DNA from: Eledone cirrhosa | Taxonomy: Eukaryota | DNA length: 64,000 nt | Assembly (NCBI GenBank): GCA_964016885.1 | Contig: OZ024743.1 | Location: 244,838,001 to 244,902,000, forward strand | Direction: 5' to 3' | In this document: in pieces, positions 27,241-40,493 of the stretch | How the letters are laid out: every line of letters begins with the position of its first letter | How positions within the stretch are numbered: position 1 is the first letter of the stretch | Made by a program: the position numbers and the translations under genes | The notes under the pieces: model-generated | Database searches by the model: none | Seen by the model: only the letters and a program-made list of their open reading frames with translations | Told to the model about the DNA's origin: nothing

Positions 27241-27874
27241 AATCTACCATTGATTAGTTGTTGTCTAGTGCCAAGATCGAATCCTCTCAAGTCTTCAATA
27301 GAATAGTAGTGTTTGTTTTGTCTCTTATTAAATTATTCTATTACTCTATTATTTTCATAAAAACAAGTTAGGTATTCTGTATAGGATTGTATCTATTAAC
27401 TAGGACGCTGGTGAGGTTTTATATAAGCTGTCTTTACTTTCCGACTTTCTTCTTTTTCTTTTCTTTTGTATTACGTTTTCTTCCCTTTACATACATATGT
27501 GTGTGTGTGCGTGCGTGTGCATGTGTGTGTGTACGTACATGCATGCACAATCACACTCACATACATATACTATTAGACTTTGTATGTTTTCGAAGTTAAT
27601 TAATCCTGTGTGTGTGCGTGCGTGTGCATGTGTGTGTGCGAGTATATATATATAATATATAATATATATATATATATATTATATATCTTTATACATATAC
27701 AGAGTATGTAAGCAATATTACTATTCCACCACCACCACCATTTGCCTGATTGTACAGCAAACAGTAAATAACAGTTTCTATTGAGACTAATTTCAACTGG
27801 AACAAACATTCATTTTTTTATTCTTATTTGTCTCCTGATCTACCAATGAATTGATTCCGTTGTTAACTTTTGTC

Positions 27875-27960
<86 letters not shown>

Positions 27961-28019
27961 ATATATATATATACATATACACACAGACACACACACATAT
28001 ATATCACCTTGACCGACCA

Positions 28020-28260
28020 GTCTGTCGGGCGCTAATCGGCGCCGCTGGTCACAGCACGTCGTGCTGTTTTAGCCATAAGATAACGCCATCCCACTGGCTG
28101 GGCGGGCAGGCCGGTACTCATTTCTACAGCTGAGTAAACTGAAGCAAGGTGAAATAAAGTGTCTTGCTCAAGGAAACAACACATCACCCGGTCCGAGAAT
28201 TGAACTCACAACCTTTCGATTGCAAGCCCAATGCTCTTACCACTAAGCCATGCGCCTTCA
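28020..28260 (-). mobile_element. tRNA-derived SINE (family B-like head)
   Basis: Reverse strand reads tggcttagtggtaagagc...gagttcaattc...ccttgagcaagacactttatttcac...actcagctgtagaaatgagtacc. Confidence 0.85.
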
Positions 28261-28286
28261 CACACACACACACACACGCGCGCGCG

Positions 28287-28333
<47 letters not shown>

Positions 28334-28334
<1 letters not shown>

Positions 28335-28412
28335 TGGTATCCCCAAAACTGTATACACACTTTTATTAGAATGGTATTGAAGTGTGTGTACATTTTTTGG
28401 GGACACCCTGTA
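28334..28412. mobile_element. Tiny Tc1/mariner-type MITE consisting almost entirely of TIRs
   Basis: ggtatccccaaaactgtatacacactt ... aagtgtgtgtacattttttggggacaccctgta. Confidence 0.7.
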
Positions 28413-28752
28413 TATATATATATACACACACAAATACAGAGACTACCATCATTACTACGACAATGACATATGCCTGTTTGTTAGTACCCAATATCAGACT
28501 TTTCATGTAAACAGGAAAAGAGGCTTGCAAGTAACGACAGCTGGCGACTTGCGGAGGTCTGTAGGTTGAGTTACTAGACATGACTCTTTCAGTCCTTCAA
28601 GATCGATAACTTCATTATAGCATTTAAACATTTTTTTTTTACTGTATTCTGTTTTATTCATTTATCTTTTTTTTTTGTATATTTTTTTTTCTTCGACGAT
28701 GAATAGTGTTGACAGCATTATATAGGGACCGCTTCTTTTTGTCGTTATCGTT

Positions 28753-28952
28753 ATTGGCAGAATCGGTAGAGCGTCGGACAGTATGTTTAGCGACATAGAG
28801 TTACGGCCCTTTACCTTCTGAGTTCAAATCCCGCCGAGGTTAGCTTTGCAGGGTCGATAAAATAAAGTACCAGTAAACACTGGAGTCGATTTAATCAACT
28901 TTCCCCCTCCCCTTCAAATTGCTGGCCTTGTGCCTAAAGTAGAAACAATTAT
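28753..28952 (+). mobile_element. SINE family A
   Basis: B-box and core with a small internal deletion. Confidence 0.88.
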
Positions 28953-28962
28953 CACCGTTTAA

Positions 28963-30112
28963 CAAAGTAGCCGATTACCCATTAATCGGCCTTCCCTTTT
29001 CGGTCGAAACAGTTTAATCGACCGCCGATTATCTATAATGTGATATAAAAATGTGTATTATAATTAATTGTAAGTAATATATTATGAGGTTTCGTAATTA
29101 GTTACAATTATGGAGCTACTGATGACAAAATTAGGCTGGTTTTACTGTATGAGTCAACATATACAAGCCTGCAAGGAATCGACTATGCTCTAAAACTAAG
29201 GAAATTTACACGTCCTTTGATCGTTTCTTTGATCGTTAATTTGATCGTTAATTTGATCGTTAATTTTTATTTTTGACTAAGCTAAAAATCATTATTCCTG
29301 GTAAATGTTTGAATACCTTGAAATAAACATGTGATCGGAACCTTCGTGATTTTTTAATTAATTCATTTCTAAATAACTAATTAATGACAGGGACGTTGGA
29401 AGCATTTCTGATTGGTGGTGGGGGGGAGGGGGCAAATTTGGTCAATTTAGTTGAAGTTAGCTCTTTGCCTAGTAAGAAAACTTCGATATCCGATAAACAT
29501 AACATCTACATAAATTGTAGCGTTTATACAAATAGATGTGTGTATTGGTAGTTTGGACGCCCCCAGTCCCACGACCCCTGAAAAACATATCCTCTTAGAT
29601 GAGTGAGAAGGTCTCTCTTTTCCTTTGATAATATTTAACCTACTAGTCAATCCAAAGTAATTTTCAGTTGTGTGGATCAGTGCGTTCGAGTACTAGGAAC
29701 TGAGTTATATTTCACTTAGTGGGCTTAGATTGTGTTCTAAGAAATAATATGTTTCTGGTGTATCATCTATACATGTTGAATCCTATGTATTTTGCAAATT
29801 TCTCAGTCGCCCTTGGCTTTTTATCTTTTTTGTTCCAGCATATGGGCCTATCAATAAAAATAATGGTTTCTTATATACGCACAAGGCCAGCAATTTTGGG
29901 GGAGGGGAAAGTCGATTAAATCGAACCAGTGCGTGACTGGTACTTTATTTTATCGACCCCGTAAAGATGAAAGGCAAAGTTAACCTCGGCAGAATTTGAA
30001 CTCAGAACATAAAGGGCTATAACTTTACGTTCTAATAATAATAATAACAATAGAAGATTATCAAAACCGATTAATCGACAAAAGACCGATACTGATTAAT
30101 CGGTGTTACTCT
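28963..30112. mobile_element. Possible hAT-like MITE with subterminal ccgattaatcg motifs; contains a nested family A SINE at ~29860-30030 (-)
   Basis: Clusters of ccgatta/taatcgg at both ends; right end gttactcta. Confidence 0.45.
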
Positions 30113-30195
30113 AATCCTTACCACCACCGTCATTCCAACATGTTCTCATTCGATGATAAGCGCAGTCGACTAAGCTGACTCTAATATATATATAA

Positions 30196-30232
<37 letters not shown>

Positions 30233-30543
30233 TGTGCGTAGACTGCTATACCACCAAATGTGTTTACAGACTATTTCAATGATTGAAATCCTCGTTATGT
30301 TTTTATTTGGCTATATTTGACACCTTGTTTGTGAGACGGTAGTTTTACAAACTTGTGCTGACTTATAAACATTCACAGATAATTTTGATATATTATCTTC
30401 ACCTCCTCCTTGTAGGTTACTTCGACCGGGCTTCATCTATACTATAACTAATTCACTGATAAAGAACTATCGGCCTCACCAGTTTGTATTGGTTAGGATG
30501 GTTTGGGGATAGCCTGCAACACAATGCAAATTATAAATTCAAC

Positions 30544-30788
30544 AAAGAAAACTAGAGTAAAGTAAGAAAATCAAAGCAAAACAGTTTACACCTTTATCTT
30601 ATATTTCATCATATTTCGAGGTTAGGTTTCTTTATTTTTTCCAAAAGGATATGGACAGTAGTGTTGGCAAAGGCATCAGTCTCAATTTCCTTTTTTTTTG
30701 AAAAGGAGTTCCTAACCTCGAAATATGAAAATATAAGTATAAACTGTTAGTTTTGTTTTCTTACCTTACTCTAGTCTAGTTTTCTTTC
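30544..30788. repeat. Diverged inverted repeat with ~80-bp arms
   Basis: aaagaaaactagagtaa...catatttcgaggttagg / cctaacctcgaaatatg...ttactctag...ttttcttt. Confidence 0.75.
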
Positions 30789-31174
30789 TTTTATTTCTAA
30801 TGTTCTTTGCACCAGCTTTCCTTAAACAATCATAACCACATATGCCACAATGCCTCATATAAACTATACTACTTTATACTGGTTAATTTTTATTCTTGTT
30901 GGCATCACGGTTTCCAATATAGCCGCCGTTTCAATAGGTATTCAGGTCATCCAGCTGCGTCAATATAACAATATACTGACCTTGATCTCGTAAATAAAAC
31001 GTCGATGACGATGATTCGCGTTCCTTGCACGTCGACAGTGACACGAAACAACATCAGGCGAAAGGTCTTTTGTGAAATATAGTTCATAGGTAATAGTCTA
31101 CTGTGACACCACCGCCACCATTACTAAATATATCAACACTATCGTCACCACTACCAATTTTATCTTACGTATGT

Positions 31175-31700
31175 ATGTCAGGTTGCTCTCGAGTGCTACT
31201 GGTAACAACCTGTCTCATAGTCGGGTGGTCAGCGACTAAACCAGCAACCCCACCAAGCTTGCTTGGTGAGGAGGGTGATATTTGGACAACCTACAAGATG
31301 AAATACAACACCCGGCAAAGGGCGGAGGAACTCGGCAGAGTCAATAGCCATCCAAATAGTACTTTTCTTCTATTTTTTTTTTCACCTGGGCGTGAAAGGT
31401 CCCCAAGTGTTGTCACAACACCTTTCTAAGAGAGGGAAACTCTAAAAAAAAAACCTGCGGCTCCAGAAGCATCCGATGATGTTGACCAGTCCTCCTTTTC
31501 GGGTAGTGTTTTCGATGCTCAGAGAGTCGGATTGGTCGAGTGCAAGGCCTTTCCCCACATAAAAAACCTCCAAAACACAGGCATTGCTTGTTCAGGATAT
31601 GTGACAGGTTCGTATGGCTGGCCATAACCTAAAAGTGCACCATTTTCTGTAATCTGACAAGCGATTGCAATACTCTTAGCAGAGTTTGCAGCCATCATGT
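31175..31700 (+). mobile_element. Short non-autonomous RTE-like element (5'UTR joined to 3' end) in (TATG)n
   Basis: RTE-type 5'UTR motif gagggaaactct...aaacc; homologous to 43280-43600 and 18375-18581. Confidence 0.65.
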
Positions 31701-31940
31701 ATGTATATATGAACGTACGTACGTATGTATGTAATTAAGCATTATGTATGTATGTGTGGTTGCATTATGTATGTATGGTTGCTGGACCAGCTAGAAATAA
31801 CAACCTATTATTTTCCAACTCAAATTAACTTATCATTATAAAAAAGGAAGGGCATGACTGGAAAATCTGTGATAGTAGATCAGCTGGATCCTGGTTGACT
31901 TGGAACTAAAGAGCAGCTACACTCCTATATATAAGATATA

Positions 31941-32043
31941 CTCTATGCATATCTATTGCTCCTCTATGCATATCTATTGCTCCTCTATGCATATCTATTG
32001 CTCCTCTATGCATATCTATTGCTCCTCTATGCATATCTATTGC
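31941..32043. repeat. 21-bp tandem repeat, ~5 copies (ctctatgcatatctattgctc)
   Basis: Direct reading. Confidence 0.95.
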
Positions 32044-32146
32044 AACCTGCTTGTGAAATAAACATGCAAATGAGCATTCAACAAACTCGTACGATTGGGA
32101 GTCGAATTCATTAACCACAATGTCATGTGGCTTCACAGATATCTTC

Positions 32147-32178
<32 letters not shown>

Positions 32179-32223
32179 GCACGCACGCACACACACACAC
32201 GCACGCACGCACGCACGCACGCA

Positions 32224-32299
<76 letters not shown>

Positions 32300-32304
32300 A
32301 GTTT

Positions 32305-32487
32305 ATCCCGGGTTCAATCGGGGGTAACCACAGTAAGTAAAATACTCAATACATAGCAGAGTATAAATATTTAATATAGAAATGGCTTCTACAGGACTAG
32401 AACTGTTTCATTCGGGAGAAATCATCTGGGCTTCCTGATGATTTCTCCCGAATGAAACAGTTCTAGCTCTGTAGAAGCCATTTCTAT
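32305..32487. mobile_element. Fold-back pLTR-like element: inverted tail plus a complete hammerhead
   Basis: Inverted arms at ~32376-32425 and ~32438-32487; tail shared with 2895-2980. Confidence 0.78.
32429..32479 (+). ncRNA. Type I hammerhead ribozyme (U10.1-U11.1 variant)
   Basis: ggcttc-CTGATGA-t-ttc-tccc-gaa-t-GAA-acag-ttctagct-ctgt-A-gaagcc; 6-bp stem I, GUA cleavage triplet. Confidence 0.85.
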
Positions 32488-33228
32488 ATATATATATATA
32501 TATATTCACATACCTATATACATATATATATATATACTTATGTATATACTCACAGTCTTCCATACATACAGGAATACATACATATACATATGTGTTTATG
32601 TGTGTAGTGTTTAATGTATAAAATATATAATCCTTAACGTAGTTCTCGGGAAGACTGAGCGTATTACAATGTGTGACAGACCCCCCCCCCCCCAGTTTAG
32701 CGTGCTTGAGCAACGCGAATTAAAGTGCTCAAGGATACACCGCGCAGCCAGGAATCGAACTCACATCCTTGAAATCGTAAACCAAAAAACCCTATCTACT
32801 AAGGCACGCCCCTTCACAACCTACCAAGTATTACAGATGGAAGAGGAATAACGAAGGTGTGGGTTGAAATGGATCTGCTAAGCTGGGATATATCTGGAGA
32901 TGGTTGAAGGAGTAGGAAGAGAATGGGTAGCAGGAGGAGTAGCAGTTAATAATGTGAAGGGTTAACAGAGAGGAGGTAGGAGGGGGAAGTTGATTTGCGA
33001 TATTTCTTATTTGGCTTTATGGCATTTCATTGTCCTCTCCCTCACCTCTTCTCTTTCACTCAGACAATCTATGTAAACTTGTCATAACCTCTAAACAAGG
33101 AAAATAGTTACAAAGGTCATTCGGTATTAATACAGGAGTAGAGTGTTCATTTGTGCGTGTGTATGTAAATATACATATACATGAATGTACACAGACACAC
33201 ACATACACATACACACACGTACATACAT

Positions 33229-33309
<81 letters not shown>

Positions 33310-33334
33310 TATATAAGTATATAAATACATGTAT

Positions 33335-33434
33335 GTTAGTTAAAGTCCCACAACCACTAGCAGTCGTTATCAATAGCTTGACCAAGATTTGGTACACAAT
33401 GTTGCTCTTTAGGAGTGATAAGGAGCAAATTACA
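33335..33434 (+). mobile_element. Small RT fragment of a Dong-like RLE LINE
   Basis: [32 protein letters not shown] resembles LAKVPQPLVAAVERLTKNWYTNLILRGEKEQV in the 13063 ORF. Confidence 0.75.
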
Positions 33435-33436
33435 TA

Positions 33437-34317
33437 CGAGATGTGTCAGAAAAGTTCCAGGACTGATGTCACAAAAGATTTATTTCAAACTCAAACTTCA
33501 CACTAAGAGTTTTCTCCTTCAAAGTAATCCCCCTGGAGTATGTAACTGTAATCTTAGCTTTCTGCAGCGATCAAACTTTTTTCTTCAAAATTTTATATAC
33601 ATGTCCTCTGTTTCAGGTCGTCAAGCAATGAGCACAGAGCAACGAACAAACTTGAAAACTCCGTCAGAAGCACTGGGATTGCTGCAGCAAGTGTATGGAG
33701 AAGAGACGATGTCACGCTCACGTGTTTTTGAATGGTGTAATATGTTTAAAGAGGGACGCGAGGACGTGGAAGATGACCCCAGGAGCGGAAGGCCCTCAAC
33801 AACCAGGATTGAGGTCAACGTTGAGCGCGTCAGGCAGATGGTGCGTAGCGATCATCGGCTGACTGTTCGACTGATGGCAAATGAGCTGAGCATAAATCGG
33901 GACAGCGTCTGGAAGATTCTCACTGAAGATTTGGACATGCGGAAAGTCTGCGCGAAGATGGTGCCAAAACTGATGACCAGAAGGGTCGACGCCAGGACAT
34001 TCTCGAGCGTCTTGAAACTGAACCAGACTTGCTAGGGACAGCCATCACCGGTGATGAGTTATGGATCTTCGAGTACGACCCGGAGGGGACCCGTTTTGAA
34101 GACGTGGACGACATCAAAAAGGCCGTGACGACGGAACTGCGGAGGATCCCGGAAGAATCCTTCCAGGAGTGCTTGCAAGCGTGGCAGAAAAGGATAGAAA
34201 AGTGCATTAGACTCCAGGGGGATTACTTTGAAGGAGAAAACTTTCTCTTAGTATGAAGTTTGGGTTTGAAATAAATCTTTTGTGACATCAGTCCTAGAAC
34301 TTTTCTGACCCACCTCG
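33437..34317 (+). mobile_element. Mariner DNA transposon, internally deleted, with ~75-bp TIRs and TA target-site duplication
   Basis: TA-cgagatgtgtcagaaaagttcc... / ...aacttttctgacccacctcg-TA; HTH region VYGEETMSRSRVFEW...DDPRSGRPS, AKMVPKL and ITGDELWIFEYDPE fused directly to GTRFEDVDDIK...GDYFE, so most of the catalytic core is missing. Confidence 0.95.
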
Positions 34318-34747
34318 TACATCTATCCATACATATGTACATACATATATACATGATAGCTGCAACTCGATTTCGAGTAATTCCATAGCTTGATACTTAA
34401 GCATGAACATCACGGACATGGCTTTTTAGTCCTGCTAGGGATTTGCCTATGGCCAGCAATACGATGCATCACAAAAAATGTCACATATCAAGCGATGTCT
34501 GTGCTGGAAGCTTTTTCAAGTGAGAAAAGTCTTTACACGGCGCCAATCCCACTCTCTGAACATCAAATGCATTTGCCCAAAATGAAGAACTGGTCTATAT
34601 CATTGGATGCAAACGAAGTCGCAGGTTTTATATCAGAGTGACTAGGGGCTCTTGCTCCACATATGTATGCATCATTGGATGCATACATACATACACACAT
34701 ATATGTATATTTATATATACGTGTGTGTGTGTCTATGTGTGTGATCA

Positions 34748-34890
34748 GTCGTTTATCTGACCATTTTCGTAGGCACCTTCTTCAAGATGTTATTAATAAC
34801 ACCCAAACAATCTCCAAACCAGTAGCTAGATATTTTAATTCGCTCGGCCATTTCTTTAATCATGGATTTATGTGTGAAATTATCTTACAT
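34748..34890 (+). mobile_element. Degenerate GIY-YIG fragment of a different Penelope-like family
   Basis: RLSDHFRRHL...SKPVARYFNSLGH matches the R..DRF.EH...PVARHFN...H pattern. Confidence 0.65.
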
Positions 34891-35609
34891 CACAACTCAA
34901 CCGTAAAACCTTTAGCCGTAAATATAAAAGGAGAAACCTAGTCTTTACTTCTGGCTCCTCTTCGACCACAGATATTGATAAACGTCTCGTATTCTTTTAC
35001 TCCTCCAATCACGTAATATTGCCTACTATAATGTCCTTTTATATATTCATAACTATATGTGAGTGTGTGCGTGCGCGCGTGTTTGTGTGTGCGTGTGTGT
35101 GTGTATGAGTGTGTGTGGGTGAGTGTGTGTGTGTCCGTTCGTGTGAATGTATGTGTGTGTGATTGTCGAAGACATACCAGGAGGGAAAGACTAAATCTCC
35201 GCCTCCTGGATACTGACGGCAGGTCAATGGAAGACGCAGGCGCACGGTCTATCGGTGAATCACAACTGCTCCTACCCATAATAGGCCCTCCGTGTGCCCT
35301 CAAGAACGGTGAAACTACGGCAGCGGCGCTATTTCATTGTCTAGGTGCGCAATGAAACGTTCATCATTTCTGTTTGTGATTCCAAAATGTTTAGACTTGA
35401 CACAAAAGAACCCACATATAAAATGTTATAGTGAACGCTTGTGCGTCTCGTGTGACACTCTTTAAATATTTGAAGTCATTAAACTAGCAACAAACAAAGA
35501 AAATCAAGATGACTAAAGATTACAAACACAGCAGGTGCCATGATAATGTAACCTTCTACCATGTGTATTTACATATACGTACAAATACGCATATATGCAT
35601 AAACGTGGA

Positions 35610-35930
35610 CGCAACATGGCCATATGGTTAAAGATTTCGCTTCCCAATCATTAGGCTTCGGGTTTAATCTCACTGCGTGGCATCTTGAGAAAGTGTCATT
35701 TACCATAGCAACGAGTCGACCCATGCCTTGTGAGTGAAATTGGGTAAACGGAAACTTGTTTGAAGGTCGCTAGATGGAGTGTCATTCAAGAGGCCATCCT
35801 TGTCAAACACTGTGTCCCACTAAATTTCCTTAAGAACTCCGTTAAGACTACACGTGTCTTTGGAATTCTCAACAACTTAAATGATAATTTCATGAGCAAA
35901 TTGTTCCATTTATCAAATAACGGGACATCC
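35610..35930 (+). mobile_element. Diverged SINE
   Basis: tggccatatggtt A-box-like; ctcactgcgtggcatcttg core shared with 37045. Confidence 0.6.
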
Positions 35931-36286
35931 AATATATACACACCTGTGGATGGCCGTTGATTGTTTTTCTGAGATCATCCACTCTTTAAAGGATTTGTTT
36001 TATTTGTTTTAATTGACAGGGTGCCCAAAAGTTACCGTCTTTACCAAATAGGTGTTACTTTGATGGTTGATGGTGTTGCCGGTTTAGACGCCGGCAGCTC
36101 GACGTTGCACAGGCTCTACCGGCTTGCGTGCTACTTACTATCATTTGTATGTAATCGCACATATGCATATATGTTAATGACCTTAGAAATACAGACTGAG
36201 CAGCTGTATATTTTGTTTGCTTTCTTTCCTTCTTTCTTTATATATATATATTTGTTGAATTACCAACAAATTGAATATCCCTTCTG

Positions 36287-36343
<57 letters not shown>

Positions 36344-36682
36344 CATGCATGTGTGTGTAGGCGTTTCTCTTTCTCTTTTTCTCCCTTTACCACTTTACGT
36401 ATGTATGAATATGAATGTATGTGTATTCTAAATGTTGTATGGAATGCGTCAATGTATATATATTTATATATATATATAGAGAGAGAGAGAGTGGGTGAGG
36501 GATGAGAAAGAAGGGGGTTAGTGAGAGAGGGGAAAAAGAAAGTAAGTGAAAGAGAGAAAGGAAGTGCTGGTAGTCTTTTAGAACAATAAAATTTATAGTT
36601 TCACCTCGTTCAATTGGTGTCTGTTTTCTATAGACGTTCTGATGCTATTAACAGAATGTTTAAAGAACGATAGAATTTCACC

Positions 36683-36826
36683 TGGGCGGCAAATTTGCAG
36701 GGTCGTTAGAACGTTGGTTTGGAATGTTTCATGGTATTCAGTCTGGCTCTCTGCATTCTGAGTTCATACCCTGCCAAGGTCAACTCTGCCTACCCTTCTC
36801 TCGAGGTCGATAAAATACCAGTCCTT
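36683..36826 (+). mobile_element. Diverged SINE family A
   Basis: ctgagttcatacc...gaggtcgataaaataccag. Confidence 0.7.
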
Positions 36827-37044
36827 ACCGGAATCCATTCTTCCTCTATTTTTTCTCAACCCCCTTTGGAAGAAATCGGCTATGTTCAGGCTTGGAGATG
36901 GATGTGCTCTACCAGGTTTGAAATGATTAAAGCCTGCTATATATCACTACAGCGACTCAATCAGAACTTAAGTATCCATATATTTTATCAGGTTCTTTCT
37001 AAATTTTGGTTGTGTGATTAGTAAATACTCACTCACCAACGACA

Positions 37045-37710
37045 CATGTATGGCTGAGTGGTTAACAAATTTGTTTCGCAATTATGAGGTCCGGTTTCGA
37101 TCTCACTGCGTGGCGTGGCATCTTGGGTTAGTGTGTTTACCATAACCTCGGATCGACCCAAGTCTTATGAGTGAGATTGAATATGCGAAAACTGTGTAAA
37201 GTCCTATAAAACGGATTGTATTTGTAATTCAAAAGTCCATACTTATCACATATTGTGTCACACTGATTCAGCTTGAGAATTACTTTTATGATATACGTGT
37301 TTACATAATACTCATCAACTTATTCTCGGGTCCCAAATAATAGGGGACGGGGAAATAAGCGTGGGGGTTGGACATTTACTTAAATTTTTATAAGCGGTGG
37401 GTGGGGTGGGAGGGGTAATTGTTTAGTGTACGTCCATAAATATGAGATTTCTTGTAACGTTTTTTTTTGTAATATATAAAAATCTTTTTAATGTAAAATA
37501 AAATTATTTGATTCTCCAGCTGCTGTATCGATATGAATCATTTACAATAAAATTACGCCGGAGATAGATTAACAACATTTAATAAGCGGTCGGGGGTGGA
37601 TGGAAAAAATCTGAAAAATTAATAAGTGGTGGGGGGTGGGCGATTATTCAAGCCCTGAGAGTACACGTTAAATCACTATCTGGACGTTCAATTTATTAAA
37701 CAACTAAGAG
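37045..37710 (+). mobile_element. Diverged SINE interrupted by a MITE (37321-37663)
   Basis: SINE tail actca..act|cacgttaa is split by an element with TIR-like ends tattctcgggtccc / gccctgagagta and internal aataagcgg repeats. Confidence 0.6.
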
Positions 37711-38244
37711 CTTGTTGTCTCCCATTTCTTGTAATAGCTAGTTCGGTTGGACCAGGTTCAGTCGGTACTTTGATCTGGAGACAAGGAAGCCAAGGAAGGG
37801 TTCGTAAATATTCTCCCCTTCCCTCCAAAAAATTTTCGCTGAACCCTTTGAATTTTGAGAAGAGCTCCTCACCGCGTTCTGAAAGCAGTCATGTTCCGCC
37901 ATGCAAGCAAAACGTATCTCGAAGACCAAGTCGGAGGTGGAGGAGACAATGACCTTGTGTGGAGGTGGGGGACAACGGGTTTGAGTGGATGTGGGAGATA
38001 ACTAGCTAGGGTGAAGGTGAGAGGTAGACAAACGCTGTGTGCAAATTTCCCTAAGAGCATTTACAGATCTTAGTATTCCTATTTTATAGAACGTGCTTAT
38101 GTAAATCTTTATCGGTAATTTGTCGATGTCTATGTTCTTTGGTATACTTTTGTTATTTTTAGTGATGGAAAACCACTTCGAGTTTATGTTCTATCTGCTG
38201 GTATGTCTGTATGTTCCATAGTATTTTCACATTATCATTCTATG

Positions 38245-38430
38245 GGATTGGCAGTATCGGTAGAGGGTCGGACGCCATGCTTTGCAGCACAGTTACGTCC
38301 CTTTACGGACTGAGTTCAAATCCCGCCGAGGTTAACTTTGCCTTTCATCCTTACGGGGTCGATAAAATAAAGTACCAGTAATACACTGGGATAATTGTTG
38401 GCCTTGTGCCAAAAAGTAGAAATAATTATC
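38245..38430 (+). mobile_element. SINE family A with a 14-bp target-site duplication
   Basis: TSD attatcattctatg at 38231-38244 and 38425-38438. Confidence 0.93.
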
Positions 38431-38769
38431 ATTCTATGAGGTCGGTGGTAGTTCGTTTTTCTCTAAGAAATTGAAACTTTTTCAACAAGGCTTATGAAAA
38501 GCAGTTTTAGTTACGTTATTGTCTCCAAGTATATTTCGGGATACAATGTGGTGTTTCAGGAATACACACATGTGACATTTGTCATTTGTACTATAGGAAT
38601 TGGGGAGATTCCTTTCAAAATACTGAGTAATAAAAACTGTGTGGTAGATGTTGTTATGTTGTTAATTCTGTGAGTTTTTTTGAGTTGGCTTTGTTTCAGA
38701 CATAGTTTTCTATCTAGAAGTAGGACACACATTTCACCGAAATATCAACCATTTAAAAGCGTGCCGTCA

Positions 38770-39543
38770 TGGACTCTGAAATATTCGAATGTTAACCGTA
38801 GTTAAATTATGCACTAACAGTAATTTATTGCACGATGTGTGTTCCATCGATTTGCACCACAATATTAGAAGGAGAAAATATACAGGTGACGGCTAGGGAC
38901 ATTGGTAGTGAGGCTGACACTTGGCTCATCGTCCTCGTTGTACCACAATACAGAGAGGGGAGGAGCACGGGGGTGACTCACAATAACATGTTATCAGGTG
39001 AGGTCTGCATGAACTATCAAATCCTAATGATCTCCGATGACCACAAATCTATTCCAAGACTGCACCCTATTGTATATTTATGGAATCCTAACTCCTGGGG
39101 GAATTGTAAGGCATCGTAGTCACATACGGCGTTTCTTGGACATTTTAAACCTGGTGGATCTCATCTCCTTCCCAGGTCTGAACACAGTTGATTTCTTCCT
39201 GAGAGAGAGTGGGAGGAGAGGGAGTAAGAAATAAAGAATGTGGGGGTAACAAATGGAGGCTTGAGAGGGGTAGGATAGTGTTATGGAAAGCAAAAAGAAA
39301 AAAAATCGCAAAAGAATAGAAATCATCAACATCACCCTCATCATCATTCACGTTGTCATCACCATTATCACCATCACTACCACCACTATCACCACAGCCA
39401 TCATTACTACCACCACAACCATCATCATCATGGTAACATATGTAGGCTATTTATTTATTTTATTATGCCAATGTATGTCGTCATTGCCTCACTTTCTTGC
39501 TCTGGTTCTATATATGGTTAACATTCGAATATTCCAGAGTCCA
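38770..39543. mobile_element. Putative MITE with ~28-bp TIRs
   Basis: tggactctgaaatattcgaatgttaacc ... ggttaacattcgaatattccagagtcca. Confidence 0.65.
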
Positions 39544-39636
39544 AAGTAGGTTTTGATTTATAGTACATACTAGTTGTATTAGTACATGCATACATTAGTT
39601 GATCTATAACGACACTATGAATATTACTTATTAATA

Positions 39637-39850
39637 GGATTGTCAGTATCGGTTGAGCGTTTGACAAAATCCCTCGCGGTATTTAGTTACGACTTTCTAC
39701 GCTCCGGGTTCAAATCCTTTTGAGGTCAACTTTACCTTTCATCCTTCTAGAGTCGATAAAATCAAGTACCAGTCAATTACTGGGATCAATATAATCGACT
39801 TTCTTTTTCCCCTCAAATTGTTTGCTTTGTGTCTATGTTAGAAATAATTA
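39637..39850 (+). mobile_element. SINE family A (diverged)
   Basis: gggttcaaatcc B-box and core. Confidence 0.82.
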
Positions 39851-39950
39851 TTGCTCAATAGTACATTAATACAACTGAACTGTTGCTCCTGTTTAAATAG
39901 GTGAGATGGGTTATATGTAGATGCTTTTGTATCTATCTATCTATGAAATA

Positions 39951-39991
<41 letters not shown>

Positions 39992-40493
39992 GTGTGTGTG
40001 CGCCCTTAAAGCTGGCCCTTTTAATTGAAGGTACAACTATTGTTTTCCAGCTGATTGGACTTGAACAACGTGATATTAGTGTCTTGTTCAATGACGATCA
40101 CGATCATACTACGCTCGTCATCCCAACGCCCTAACCACTAAGCCACACGCCCTCACATTTATACTCTAATCAGACGAATAATAATTCACATCTGATGTGT
40201 CCTATTATTAATACGCACATGGATAAAAACAAACTCACGCATTCAATGCGTTTTGTGGTATTAAACTTGTATTAATACATATGAATGGAATCTATGAGTT
40301 GTGTTACATATTATGGATGTATTATGGACTTATATAATATAATATTATTATAGTCAATAATACATTTGTAATAATAAAACACAACTCATTCGTGATCATA
40401 ATAGTAGCATGCATCCGAATTAAACCAATCTTCAGTCAGTCTACAAAAGTCACGTATATTAATGCTGTAATAAATGTAAAGAGAATTGTTGTT

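Noticed and set aside
26487-27290. Cys/Tyr-rich repetitive ORFs (MLLPRCYY...)
   Set aside because: They are translations of the 14-bp minisatellite in several frames.
30862-31080. Hydrophobic ORF and SGHPAASI resembling the first NPA region; also ctggatga/gaaac on the - strand
   Set aside because: No NPA, frameshifts would be needed and there are no good splice sites. The ribozyme core is also non-canonical with no stems.
36017-36146. Possible upstream aquaporin exon (AG...GT, phase-compatible, VPKSYRLYQIGVTLM...)
   Set aside because: It lacks the ExxxTF and other helix 4-5 motifs in any single frame, and its start cagggtgcccaaaagt looks like a Tc1/mariner TIR end.
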